IMG/VR virus record: IMGVR_UViG_3300028638_000443
Coordinates: 1-29,314 of that record
Length of the DNA stretch: 29,314 nucleotides
Direction: 5' to 3' (one strand)
DNA from: a virus
Taxonomy: Duplodnaviria; Caudoviricetes
A program made the position numbers and the translations under genes. Position 1 is the stretch's first letter; each line of letters starts with the position of its first letter. A model generated the notes under the pieces. The model had not been told where the DNA came from. It did no database searches and saw only the letters and a program-made list of their open reading frames with translations. Positions 1-9,071 of this stretch are shown piece after piece.

Positions 1-789
1 TTATTCAACCTCTACAAACTTTATAGAATCTCTTAAGCCTGTCCAATATAGATTGTCTTTAAGATTCGGCGCTACTCCGTCCTCGACTGAAACTTTATAT
101 ATATTGTTAAACCTGAAAGGTTCAAAATGATATTCAAATTGTTCTTCATTGCCTCCGCAAGGCCATAACCAAAGCGGAGCTTTTACTTTTCTTATCTTTT
201 CAAAAAGGTCTATGTCATTTTGAGATAAAGAGAAAATTGTAATTTTGAACGTCCAAGATTCGCCGCAATCGAAAATAAACTTTTTTCCATTTTGTAAGGT
301 CAAACTTCCTTGTTCAAATTCCAAAGCATTTTTGAATTCTTGAGGTTGTTCAAATTGTCCTAAAGTGGTAAGTAATAATACATTGCCAATTTGTTTCTCG
401 CTATCGGCAATTTCCGTCTCTTTCCCTGATATTCTTATTTTGAGAATATCGGTTCTAAAAACAAAAGAAACAACGCTAAAGCCGTCGGATGTTTGTATTG
501 TATAATCTGTATCTTTAACTAACAAGATGTCATTAATTGAAATAATCGGCGTTTTTATATTATGATCTGCAATTATTAGAGTATCTCCGGACGCTTCGCT
601 GTCAAGGACTCTTTCTACATAAGATGTTATGTCATCGTCATTTTCGTCTTCCGATTGCCACGAATCAATATTATTTCCATTAAAAGCGAATTCTGCTTCT
701 ATAGTAGCCGAACTTGCAGAAACAGTACCCCCAAAATTCATATTTATTACATCATCGAGGAAAATTTTAATTCCAGAAAAAATAGGCAT
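1..789 (-). CDS. Putative distal tail/tail-tip protein
   Basis: 262 aa ORF overlapping the tape measure stop by 1 nt; function inferred from position. Confidence 0.55.
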   Translation of the reverse strand: MPIFSGIKIFLDDVINMNFGGTVSASSATIEAEFAFNGNNIDSWQSEDENDDDITSYVERVLDSEASGDTLIIADHNIKTPIISINDILLVKDTDYTIQTSDGFSVVSFVFRTDILKIRISGKETEIADSEKQIGNVLLLTTLGQFEQPQEFKNALEFEQGSLTLQNGKKFIFDCGESWTFKITIFSLSQNDIDLFEKIRKVKAPLWLWPCGGNEEQFEYHFEPFRFNNIYKVSVEDGVAPNLKDNLYWTGLRDSIKFVEVE

Positions 790-2852
790 TACATTCTCTC
801 CTTAACCGGAAACGGTTTTGTCTGCCCGGTGGCAATCATTTTGCTTATTCGAGCCTGTATATTCTTCGCCAAATTAGTTGATGTGTCTCCTATGATATCT
901 CCGGAGACCTGTACAACTACACTTATTGAAGAATTATTTGCAGAAGAATTATCGACGTTTCCTCCGGATAAAGAAATATCTCCGGAACGAATCGCTTCAG
1001 AGAATGTTCTAGGCACAACCATTTCGCCTTCGTGGATTGTAGCCTGCATATCTTTAGGGACATATCCGGTACCTACGGCAAGCTGAACACCTGCAATGTT
1101 TGCAACATTTTCAAGACCTGCAACAACAGCAGCAGCAGCGGCAATTCCCGCGAGATATGGTCCTACAACAGGAATACCCGCCATAGCAGCATAAGCCTCA
1201 TTAGCTGATTTATAAGTGTCTATTGTAGCCGTAGCGATAGCGGCTGCTTTGCCGACAGCAGCAACAGCTCTAATACTTGATGTCTGTATCTGAGAAAGGT
1301 TTCTAATTCCATCAATTTTCTTTTTAATACTTTCTTGCGAAAGCCAAACATCTAACTCATAAAAAAAACCAGCTTTTTCAGTTCTCGTATTTGTTTCTTT
1401 ATCATTAAATTCTGAAAATTCTGCTTCAAGGGATTTTTTCTTTTCCACTAACAATCTATATTGTTGAGATTCTTCCCCGTATTTATCTTTTATGGCTTTA
1501 ATTTCTTCATTGAGAAAACTTATTTTTGTTTCATAATCCAATTTATATTTGTTTACTTTTTCGGCATATTCATAAGACGTGTATGAATTATTTAAATCTG
1601 CGACTTTCTGCAAAACAGATTCCGTCGAAGAAATAATCATATCCGCTTTACGTTTTTCTAAATCTTCGGCCTTTTTTAAATCTTCTTCTTTCTTCTTTTG
1701 GGCTTTTTGCCTTTCTTCTTCGGCTGTTTTTTCAGCCGCAATATTCTTTTGTGCCTCCGCAATTCTTGCTTCGTTAGCCTCTCTCTCTATTTTTCTGCTT
1801 TCAAGAAGACCTTGCATTTTTTGGTCATTTAACGAAATTTCTCTTTTCGTTGCCTCAATCAAAGCTTCGGATTCGGCTATTTTCTCTGTCGCTCCAGGAG
1901 CATATTTTTTAAGCGTGTTTAAATCTTCTTGCTGTTTTATCAACTGATTTTGCAATTCAATTTCTTTGTCTAAATAATTAAGTTCGATATCGGATAAATT
2001 ATTTAATGTCTCTTTTGCAGTAAAACGATCATTAAACAGATTTAAAACTTTATTTAAGAGAGGAACTACTCCGCTTGCAAGCTCTTCTTTAAAATCGCCC
2101 CACTGCTCCCTCAATAAATTTGTTTGAGTAATTATATTATCAGCATTGATGTTTACAATGTCGCCGTACTTCTTTTCAATTTGGCTTAATAATTGTGTAA
2201 ACTTTTCGCTTTGAGAAGCAGTTTCATCTATTTTAATTCCCCAGCGCGAGAACATTTGAAAATTTCCCTCAGCTGCTTTTGCTACGGCCAACATTGATGA
2301 ATTAAGATCCATTCCTAACGCCGATGATAAAGTTAAGCCGGCTTTAGTGGCTCTTTTTAATTCATCGCCTATAAGGCCATAGTTGACCAATAACCGCATA
2401 TTATCTTTAATGACATCGTCATCTATGCCGGAGATTGATCTTAACGATTTTGCGTATCTATCTAAATCGTCAGCCAAATAAGACGAATATATTCCTTGAT
2501 TTTTAAGTGCCGAGGTTAACCTGTTTGCCGCCATCTCTTGAGCCGCAAAGCCTTTTATAGCATCTGTTATAGATTCTTTAGCGTAAGCATACGATAATCT
2601 TCCTAAAGACAATACAGTATCTGCTAATGCAAAAGAAAAAGTTGTACAACTTCTTCTCGCTCTTGAAAAAAGTTCAACAAATCCTTTAGTTTTTTTAGTA
2701 GTATTATCTAAAGCCTCTGCAGTCTTATCAATATCTTTAGCCGTTTGCGTTCCGGACTTCCCCATATCCGATATATTCTTGCCTATTTTCTTAATTTCCG
2801 GGGAGGCGGTATCTTCGACACTAGCTTTTATTTTTATTTCATTGTCGCTCAT
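789..2852 (-). CDS. Tail tape measure protein
   Basis: 687 aa, helical/coiled-coil, Ala-rich C-terminal part, motif GTGYVPKDMQATIHEGEMVVP typical of TMP C-termini; follows the chaperone pair. Confidence 0.9.
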   Translation of the reverse strand: MSDNEIKIKASVEDTASPEIKKIGKNISDMGKSGTQTAKDIDKTAEALDNTTKKTKGFVELFSRARRSCTTFSFALADTVLSLGRLSYAYAKESITDAIKGFAAQEMAANRLTSALKNQGIYSSYLADDLDRYAKSLRSISGIDDDVIKDNMRLLVNYGLIGDELKRATKAGLTLSSALGMDLNSSMLAVAKAAEGNFQMFSRWGIKIDETASQSEKFTQLLSQIEKKYGDIVNINADNIITQTNLLREQWGDFKEELASGVVPLLNKVLNLFNDRFTAKETLNNLSDIELNYLDKEIELQNQLIKQQEDLNTLKKYAPGATEKIAESEALIEATKREISLNDQKMQGLLESRKIEREANEARIAEAQKNIAAEKTAEEERQKAQKKKEEDLKKAEDLEKRKADMIISSTESVLQKVADLNNSYTSYEYAEKVNKYKLDYETKISFLNEEIKAIKDKYGEESQQYRLLVEKKKSLEAEFSEFNDKETNTRTEKAGFFYELDVWLSQESIKKKIDGIRNLSQIQTSSIRAVAAVGKAAAIATATIDTYKSANEAYAAMAGIPVVGPYLAGIAAAAAVVAGLENVANIAGVQLAVGTGYVPKDMQATIHEGEMVVPRTFSEAIRSGDISLSGGNVDNSSANNSSISVVVQVSGDIIGDTSTNLAKNIQARISKMIATGQTKPFPVKERM

Positions 2853-3178
2853 TTAAAAAGTCCTCTGGTATCAGGATTTTTTTCCTCGTCATCTTCTTCT
2901 TTTTCTTCTTTTTTTTGCATACCCTCATAACACTTGTTAAGTGTGTTATATAAATCTTTGCCGGCTTTTTGTCCTTCTTTTGTTGATATACTTGCAAATG
3001 CGCCGGCGCGAATATTGTTCAAATCAGCTGCTTTATTTCTTCCAAAATCTTCAGTTTCTTTTATTATCATAGAGCTGTACATCTCAACGATTTCCACCCA
3101 AGTTAATTCGCAAACCTGATAATAAGTAAAAGCGTAATGAGTAACGACAAAATCGACAATTTCTTTAATTTTTTTTTT
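2849..3178 (-). CDS. Tail assembly chaperone, -1 frameshift extension (gpT-like part of gpGT)
   Basis: -1 frame is open from the A10 run (3169-3178) to 2849, reading KKKIKEIVDFVVTHYAFTYYQVCELTWVEIVEMY... Confidence 0.75.
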   Translation of the reverse strand, partial: KKKIKEIVDFVVTHYAFTYYQVCELTWVEIVEMYSSMIIKETEDFGRNKAADLNNIRAGAFASISTKEGQKAGKDLYNTLNKCYEGMQKKEEKEEDDEEKNPDTRGLFK

Positions 3179-3537
3179 ATATTTTTGGAACTTTTTGCCT
3201 CTTTGTTTATTTTCTCCAGCTTAACGCCTAATGCCGTATAAAAAGCTTCGAGAAGAACATCGAGCTTTTTAATGATGTTTTTAGTATCGGCATCAGACAA
3301 GCTTTCTATCCAGCTGTCGAAAGTCATATTTTCGCGAAACTGATCTTTCGGCAACCCGGCGAAAGCCAAAAGGTAAATTGTCGTCTGTGGAGTTTTTTCT
3401 ATAGATTTCGCTAAAGTCTCTAATTTGATGCCTTTGCTTTCCAGCCATAAAACAGCTGACAAAGAATATTTCAAGCGATATTCTTTATTTCCTATTTTTA
3501 TGAAACACACTTCAAAAATTTTATTTAATATATCCAT
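3103..3537 (-). CDS. Tail assembly chaperone (gpG-like)
   Basis: 144 aa between tail tube and TMP, with a slippery A-run near its 3' end. Confidence 0.8.
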   Translation of the reverse strand: MDILNKIFEVCFIKIGNKEYRLKYSLSAVLWLESKGIKLETLAKSIEKTPQTTIYLLAFAGLPKDQFRENMTFDSWIESLSDADTKNIIKKLDVLLEAFYTALGVKLEKINKEAKSSKNIKKKLKKLSILSLLITLLLIIRFAN

Positions 3538-3547
3538 TTTCGTTGTC

Positions 3548-3576
3548 CTTTGGCCGGGCTGTTAACCCGGCCGAAG
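3548..3576 (-). other. GC-rich intergenic stem-loop after the tail tube gene
   Basis: GGCCGGG-TTAACAG-CCCGGCC (3552-3572); no U-tract on the coding strand; abuts the AAGGA RBS of the chaperone. Confidence 0.7.
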
Positions 3577-3587
3577 TTTTTATTTCT

Positions 3588-4439
3588 TTAAGCGGCCGGC
3601 TTAATCATATCCAGCCTGTATAAGAAACCCTCTGCTGAATCAATCAACGGCTTACCGTTAATTGTAGTTTCTCCGTAGGCTCTTTCCATCATAGGAAGAC
3701 CTACGCCCTGCATAGATACTCTAGGTATATATGCGCTGTAGATAGATCCGTCCGACTGTCTCGGATAAATAATTTTTACAGCTTTCTCAACAATACCCGA
3801 CGTTCCTCCGACTTTTATAGAGGAACTTCCTGCTGTATTTACCGGTCTTACTTCAACGGCAATTCTGCTCCCGACAGTAAGAACCGCATCAGCTGCCACC
3901 GCAAAAGAAATGCCTATATCGTCAAAAGATACTGTGCCTGATGTCGCAATTGAAACTTCGTCAGATATAGAGCCATCTTCTTCAAGCCAGCCTGTAGGAC
4001 CGGAAGCCAATGAGCCTGCTACATAAGCCTTACATTTCCCTGTTGATGTTATTTCAAGAAAAACTGTACCAAATGGCAGATTTTCTTTTTTACCGGAAAT
4101 GACTGAAGGCGTAAGTTTAGCGGCCAAGCCGGTATTTAGAACATCAGAAGGCGTGCCGACATATCCGGCCGCATCAGCTGCAGCTCTTGTTATTTCGGCA
4201 TTTTCCATGACCGAAAATAAACCCTCCGAAATTTGTTTTACAGTTGACGAAAAAGAGTTGCTTGGAGCGCCGGCTTCTGCTTTGACTGCTCCCTGATAAT
4301 TTCCTCCGGTAAGTTCAATCATTTCGACAGATCTTTCAAGCCCGCCTTCGCCAGTTACCGTAAATAACGCCTCAATTTTTTTTGTTATTCGGTTAAGGAA
4401 TAATAGCGCTTCTCCTCCGAACAATGCTTGTATTTTCAT
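3588..4439 (-). CDS. Major tail (tube) protein
   Basis: 283 aa, Gly/Ser/Thr-rich, GGAGG RBS, directly before chaperones and TMP; no sheath gene nearby. Confidence 0.75.
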   Translation of the reverse strand: MKIQALFGGEALLFLNRITKKIEALFTVTGEGGLERSVEMIELTGGNYQGAVKAEAGAPSNSFSSTVKQISEGLFSVMENAEITRAAADAAGYVGTPSDVLNTGLAAKLTPSVISGKKENLPFGTVFLEITSTGKCKAYVAGSLASGPTGWLEEDGSISDEVSIATSGTVSFDDIGISFAVAADAVLTVGSRIAVEVRPVNTAGSSSIKVGGTSGIVEKAVKIIYPRQSDGSIYSAYIPRVSMQGVGLPMMERAYGETTINGKPLIDSAEGFLYRLDMIKPAA

Positions 4440-4503
4440 CTTCTATATCCTCCTGTTTTTAACATCTGCTTTTTTTCCTTTTATTCATCTTTTTTTCTCC
4501 TCG

Positions 4504-4815
4504 TTATTCAAAATCTTTTTCTTGCCAACTTATCGTTTCCGGGCCAACTTTATATTGAGAGCCTATGCTCTCCCATGTAGTCCCTTTCTCAAAAACGATA
4601 TTTACTCTATTTCTCACAACAGAAATTTGCTTGTTTAATTTCTTACCGACAAAAGAAACTACAACCTGACCATTCGGGGATATAAGATTGTTTTTCTTAA
4701 CGATAATCTTTCCTTTGCCGTCAACATCAATAGCAGAACTTACTCTATCTGCTTTGAGAACTGCATTAATGTCATCTATATTTACCTTTCCTATCTTTCC
4801 ATTTTTTTCGCTCAT
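4504..4815 (-). CDS. Hypothetical protein in the tail module (103 aa)
   Basis: Start moved to ATG 4815 (MSEKNGK), which has a GAGGT RBS. Confidence 0.6.
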   Translation of the reverse strand: MSEKNGKIGKVNIDDINAVLKADRVSSAIDVDGKGKIIVKKNNLISPNGQVVVSFVGKKLNKQISVVRNRVNIVFEKGTTWESIGSQYKVGPETISWQEKDFE

Positions 4816-4825
4816 TTTTTTACCT

Positions 4826-5269
4826 CTAAAATAAAGAAACCGAGAACGTGCACATTGCCCCATATAAAGCGCGGTTTCCTATTGTTAATCCATCTACCAA
4901 ACAGCTCTCGTATTTAATTAAAGGATTGTTTTCGAAAGCTGCACGGATACAACTTTCATACCTGTAAGCCATGATCATATTTTCTTTTGGCGCTCTATTT
5001 GTGGAGAAGCCGACAAAGACATTAATGAAAACAATGTCCGCTGATTTGCCTGTTATACTTCTAGGCTCTACCCTTAATATCTCGAGATAAACAAATTGGT
5101 TAGAATTTGCACTTTCGGTAATATTAAAATAATAATCATCGTCATCAACTAAAGATAATGGCAAATCAGGTTTTTGCGAATTATTTTCCGTTATACAATT
5201 ATTAAGATTATCTTTTAATATTTTCTCGAAATCATTAAGTTTATCATCATACGATAATAGCTTCTTCAT
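4826..5269 (-). CDS. Putative tail terminator/completion protein
   Basis: 147 aa; position after the morphogenesis gene and before the tube gene. Confidence 0.5.
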   Translation of the reverse strand: MKKLLSYDDKLNDFEKILKDNLNNCITENNSQKPDLPLSLVDDDDYYFNITESANSNQFVYLEILRVEPRSITGKSADIVFINVFVGFSTNRAPKENMIMAYRYESCIRAAFENNPLIKYESCLVDGLTIGNRALYGAMCTFSVSLF

Positions 5270-5270
5270 C

Positions 5271-5792
5271 TTAAACCTCTTCGGTTAACTTTATATTTAT
5301 ACCCATAGCCTTAAATCTTGCCTCAAAATACAAGACAAATATTCTTACGAAAGCCTTTGTTCTTGCAGGGCTGTCAAAGATTATCGGTCTTGCCGGCATT
5401 TTTTTACGGCCGTCTTTGGTTTTTGTGCCTTCCTGATGCCATAATGCAAGAAGGCTTTTCGCTCCGAACTCTGCGAAATATTTATCCATTTTAAAAATAT
5501 GTCCAGGATCGCTTTCATTTCTGAAACTGTCAGCGAGAGTACCTGACCAGACCAACGTTCCGCCATTTGTATATTTGCTTTTTCTTTCTCTATATTTTTC
5601 AGACAAAGGCTCCCATGCAATACCATCAACGAATTTGTTTCCGGAGACTCTACCGCCTGTATTGGCGAATATCGCCGACATTCCTCTTAAAAAGTTATCG
5701 TGCCACTGAAAAAAAATATCTTTAAAATTAGATATTCCCCAAGCAGATAAACGGGCTAAGCTTCCGGAAGACAAATCAAATTGTATTTTCAT
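5271..5792 (-). CDS. Phage virion morphogenesis protein (Mu gpG / P2 gpS-like)
   Basis: Motifs WEPLS..Y..RK, LVWSGTL..S, HQEGT, MPARP. Confidence 0.8.
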   Translation of the reverse strand: MKIQFDLSSGSLARLSAWGISNFKDIFFQWHDNFLRGMSAIFANTGGRVSGNKFVDGIAWEPLSEKYRERKSKYTNGGTLVWSGTLADSFRNESDPGHIFKMDKYFAEFGAKSLLALWHQEGTKTKDGRKKMPARPIIFDSPARTKAFVRIFVLYFEARFKAMGINIKLTEEV

Positions 5793-6177
5793 CGAGAACC
5801 TCTATCCCTGAATTTATGTCTAGGCATTGCACAGTTGACGCCGGAGAACTCAAAGCAATTTTTCCATCTAAAATGGATTGAATATCCTCCAGTGCTTCTT
5901 TCTTCAAATCTCTACCTTTTTTCTGATCGACTTTTAAAATCGAAAAAGATTGAGTTTCGTCAATATCTCCGGCAACTAACCTCGTGCAAATACTTTTCAA
6001 AATTGCCAAATCTTTTGATTCTGTCAAAGGCAATGTATATTTTCTGCCGATAACAGCGTCGATATAGTTGCTCCTTTGTTCTATTAAAGAATCAACTTTT
6101 GCTTTTGTAATAGCTGAAGTCGCCGTAAAAGAGATGCTGTTGAAATATATTTCTACATCTTCCGATGTGCAATACAT
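5776..6177 (-). CDS. Head-tail adaptor, Mu gp36/DUF1320-like
   Basis: N-terminal MYCT..DV, YID..I..KY.LPL, A...I..I..GKI.L pattern; position after capsid. Confidence 0.75.
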   Translation of the reverse strand: MYCTSEDVEIYFNSISFTATSAITKAKVDSLIEQRSNYIDAVIGRKYTLPLTESKDLAILKSICTRLVAGDIDETQSFSILKVDQKKGRDLKKEALEDIQSILDGKIALSSPASTVQCLDINSGIEVLDENTI

Positions 6178-6512
6178 TATTTTTTACCTTTTGCAGCCTT
6201 GAGTTCGGCAATTCTTTTTAAAAGTTTCTTTTGTGCATTGCTGTTTTTAATCATTTTTGCCGCCTGTCTTTCCAACAGATTAATTTCAGCCAAAGCATTG
6301 TCATCTTCGCTGTTTGCCTTTTCATCTACGGCTTCGCTGACTTCGACAACTTTATTGACATTGAATTCTGACAATTTATTGAACTGTTGTTCGGTTAAGC
6401 TCTGCTTAAAAGAAGAACTTTTATCGGTAAACATAAAAGGATTTTCCGATATAAAGCCTTCCGTGCAATTTTTAAACAAGAACGGCAATTTTTCTTTAGA
6501 TTTAATTTCCAT
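6177..6512 (-). CDS. Hypothetical protein after capsid
   Basis: 111 aa, AGAGG RBS, 1-nt overlap with next gene. Confidence 0.65.
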   Translation of the reverse strand: MEIKSKEKLPFLFKNCTEGFISENPFMFTDKSSSFKQSLTEQQFNKLSEFNVNKVVEVSEAVDEKANSEDDNALAEINLLERQAAKMIKNSNAQKKLLKRIAELKAAKGKK

Positions 6513-6530
6513 AATTTAAAAACCTCTTTT

Positions 6531-6564
6531 ATACAGAGGCAGGATATTAAGCCCGCCTCTGTAT
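6531..6564 (-). other. 13-bp stem-loop after the major capsid gene
   Basis: ATACAGAGGCGGG-CTTAATAT-CCTGCCTCTGTAT on - strand (one G-U pair), followed by AAAAGAGG (RBS) instead of a U-tract. Confidence 0.75.
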
Positions 6565-6575
6565 TTATTTTAAAA

Positions 6576-7778
6576 CTACGCTTCTGTCTTGAAAGTTGCT
6601 ACAACTGATTTGTTTGCGGCGATATTTGCAAGAGTGTACTTGCCTGCTACAATATTTGCCGTAACATCAGTTCCGTTGACAAATAATTTATCAACGACAT
6701 ATCCTGCAGCTGGAGTCAACGTAAACTCAATAGACGAGCCGTTAACTGCTGTCAAGAATCCAACAGGAGAAATAGTCCCGTTGCCATTAACGACCATTGC
6801 ATTGACGGTATAATATGCCGTGACAGGAGCACCGGAATTATCAACTTTTACGGCTTTGTACCACGCGCCGTAAGCGATTCCTTGTCTCATATCGACTTGC
6901 CATTTATATAAGCCATCGAGTTGTGCGGATTCGTGGGCCAAGTTGTTTTTTAACTTAGCTTCTTTTTCGATAGGGTTCAAAATTGCTCTGTTCAACAAAT
7001 ACGAATCGTTCTCGAGATTAAGCATATACCAAGAATAAGGGTCAGATGAAGGATTTACGGCAAATTCAAAATTGCCTGCCCAAGCATTATCGGTTGCATT
7101 TATAGTTTTTTTATCTCTTAAATCCTTAAAAACCGACGCTAATTGGGTCGAACATATAACCAATATCTTGATTGTTTTGTTCAATAATTTCTTCCCGCCA
7201 CCTGCATTTGCATAGAAGCCTGTCATTGCATTATATGCAGCGTCCATATCTCTTGAAACCTGATCTAAAGTATTGCCGTGTCCAGACAAGAGATTGCTCT
7301 GACCGGTTGCAGTTCCGTAAAGATGGTCCGTCGCGAAAAAGTTCTTTCCATCAAAACAAACACCATTCGCATTTGTATGACCTGCCTCGAGTAATTGCAA
7401 ACCTCTCAAAATAGGGTCATCTTTTGCGTTTACTGCGAGAGATTCTATTTCGGAAACATATATTGCTAAATCTGCAACACTGGAAGCTCTTTCAAATTCT
7501 GATTCTGTTACTTGGACTTTTTGGCCATACTTATTATTCGTAATGTCTACTTTGTAATGCTCCGGTAAAGTAGATGCGTCAATGGAAGTTCCGTCAGTGA
7601 CTTGCGCCAAACCCGCAATAAAATTTTTAAATATTGCAGAGCTTGTAGGTGCAAAAGGCACTTTATAAGAAGCGACTAATCCTGCCAATGCAGGATTATA
7701 TTCCAAAGTCTTTTTTCCGTATGCAACGGTAACGACTTTGTCAAATTCCGCGATGAGAGCTGTGTTTGTTAATGACAT
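6576..7778 (-). CDS. Major capsid protein, Mu gpT-like, with C-terminal beta-rich surface domain
   Basis: CFDGKNFFATDH motif of Mu-like head subunits, G.G.W..A ending, then about 80 extra aa. Confidence 0.88.
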   Translation of the reverse strand: MSLTNTALIAEFDKVVTVAYGKKTLEYNPALAGLVASYKVPFAPTSSAIFKNFIAGLAQVTDGTSIDASTLPEHYKVDITNNKYGQKVQVTESEFERASSVADLAIYVSEIESLAVNAKDDPILRGLQLLEAGHTNANGVCFDGKNFFATDHLYGTATGQSNLLSGHGNTLDQVSRDMDAAYNAMTGFYANAGGGKKLLNKTIKILVICSTQLASVFKDLRDKKTINATDNAWAGNFEFAVNPSSDPYSWYMLNLENDSYLLNRAILNPIEKEAKLKNNLAHESAQLDGLYKWQVDMRQGIAYGAWYKAVKVDNSGAPVTAYYTVNAMVVNGNGTISPVGFLTAVNGSSIEFTLTPAAGYVVDKLFVNGTDVTANIVAGKYTLANIAANKSVVATFKTEA

Positions 7779-7780
7779 AA

Positions 7781-8866
7781 TTATTTATCCTCCTTTTTCG
7801 ATAAAAACTTTCTTGCATCTTCAATAGTGAAACGCCCTTCTTTGATACATTTAAGGGTTGTTTCGTCGAACTCTCCTGATAGAGCAACATCTTCCGCAGA
7901 CTGTGCACCTGATGCCTCTCCATGCAATTTTGGCTGTAACTTTGACAAGAAAGCTTCAAGCTCTGCTGCCGTTTTATGCAAGCTAAGGAATGCTTCTTTT
8001 TCCGAAGGAAGCACTTTTCTTTCTGCAACTGCTTTCGTAAGCATCTGCTCTTTTTTACTGTTTTCGAGCGCAATTTCTTTCTCTTCTTTTTCTTTCTTCA
8101 AAGCTGTTAATTGTGTTTCCTGCTCGTCTTTTACCTTACCGATAACCTCTCTTGCTTTTTCGGCTTCAGCAAGTTTTGTTTTTGCTTCAGTTAAGTCTTT
8201 TTGTAAAGACAAAACATCAATGTCAAAATCTTTTCTAAGTGTTAAAAGTAATTCATCTTTCGTCATCTGTTTTTCTCCTCTTTTAATTTTGATATCAATA
8301 CCGCTGTTTGTAAAAGATTTGCTAGGCATTTCTTTTTTAAGCTGATATTTTTCTGCAATTTCTGTTGTTATAATTTCATCTGCAACGCCATAAGCTATAG
8401 CTTCTTCGGCATTGAGATTAAGGTCCTTACCTGACAGATCCCCTTTTAATTCTTCAACTGTCTTTTTTGTAAATCTTGACAATTCGGCGAAAATTCTGTC
8501 GTTAATATTTTTTATTTCTTTTGCTAAAGACTCGACATCAGATGCACCGCCTGAGACAATAGTGGTTACCTGCAACTCGTGTAGCATTACCATGCTGTTT
8601 TTTGTGCAAAATCTTTTTTTACCTGCCGCGAGAATTAATGCAGCTGCGCTGTCTGCTTCGCCCATGTTAATCGTATAAACAGGGCATTTGCACATCTCTA
8701 ATAAATCTAGTATTGAAAAAAGAGCCATAACACTCCCACCATAACAATTGATGTACACTTTTATAGGAGCTGTAGCGTCTGCTTTTTCAAAAGCTTTAAT
8801 TTGCTCAAGGATATAAGGAGTATTGTCCTTTGTAATATCCTCCGTAATAAATAAACTTCTTTCCAT
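7781..8866 (-). CDS. ClpP-like (S14) head maturation protease fused to coiled-coil scaffold
   Basis: YINCYGGSV, GEADSAA (Ser), VMLHE (His), DLNLNAEEAIAYGVADEI (Asp); C-terminal half is coiled coil. Confidence 0.9.
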   Translation of the reverse strand: MERSLFITEDITKDNTPYILEQIKAFEKADATAPIKVYINCYGGSVMALFSILDLLEMCKCPVYTINMGEADSAAALILAAGKKRFCTKNSMVMLHELQVTTIVSGGASDVESLAKEIKNINDRIFAELSRFTKKTVEELKGDLSGKDLNLNAEEAIAYGVADEIITTEIAEKYQLKKEMPSKSFTNSGIDIKIKRGEKQMTKDELLLTLRKDFDIDVLSLQKDLTEAKTKLAEAEKAREVIGKVKDEQETQLTALKKEKEEKEIALENSKKEQMLTKAVAERKVLPSEKEAFLSLHKTAAELEAFLSKLQPKLHGEASGAQSAEDVALSGEFDETTLKCIKEGRFTIEDARKFLSKKEDK

Positions 8867-9055
8867 TTATTTTACCTCCGCAGTATCGCTGACTTTAAAA
8901 CCTTTGTTTCCGGCTTTCGCATTTCTGCGTTTTCTCCTGCACTCTTTACATCTCGACGGGATTTCAAGCCCTTTCGAAATAAAAAAGTTTTGCTCTTCGT
9001 CTGTAATATCGAACTCTTTTGAACAGTCTTTGCATCTTTTAACAATTGTAGACAT
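8867..9055 (-). CDS. Zinc-ribbon protein (zf-trcl-like)
   Basis: CKDC..EF.....EQ.FF..KG...P.RCKECR..RR; GGAG RBS. Confidence 0.85.
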   Translation of the reverse strand: MSTIVKRCKDCSKEFDITDEEQNFFISKGLEIPSRCKECRRKRRNAKAGNKGFKVSDTAEVK

Positions 9056-9071
9056 ACTATTAATCTCCTTT

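Noticed and set aside
7741-8073. Alternate-frame - strand ORFs (7741-8073; also 23420-23626)
   Set aside because: Overlap well-supported genes and show no recognisable motifs
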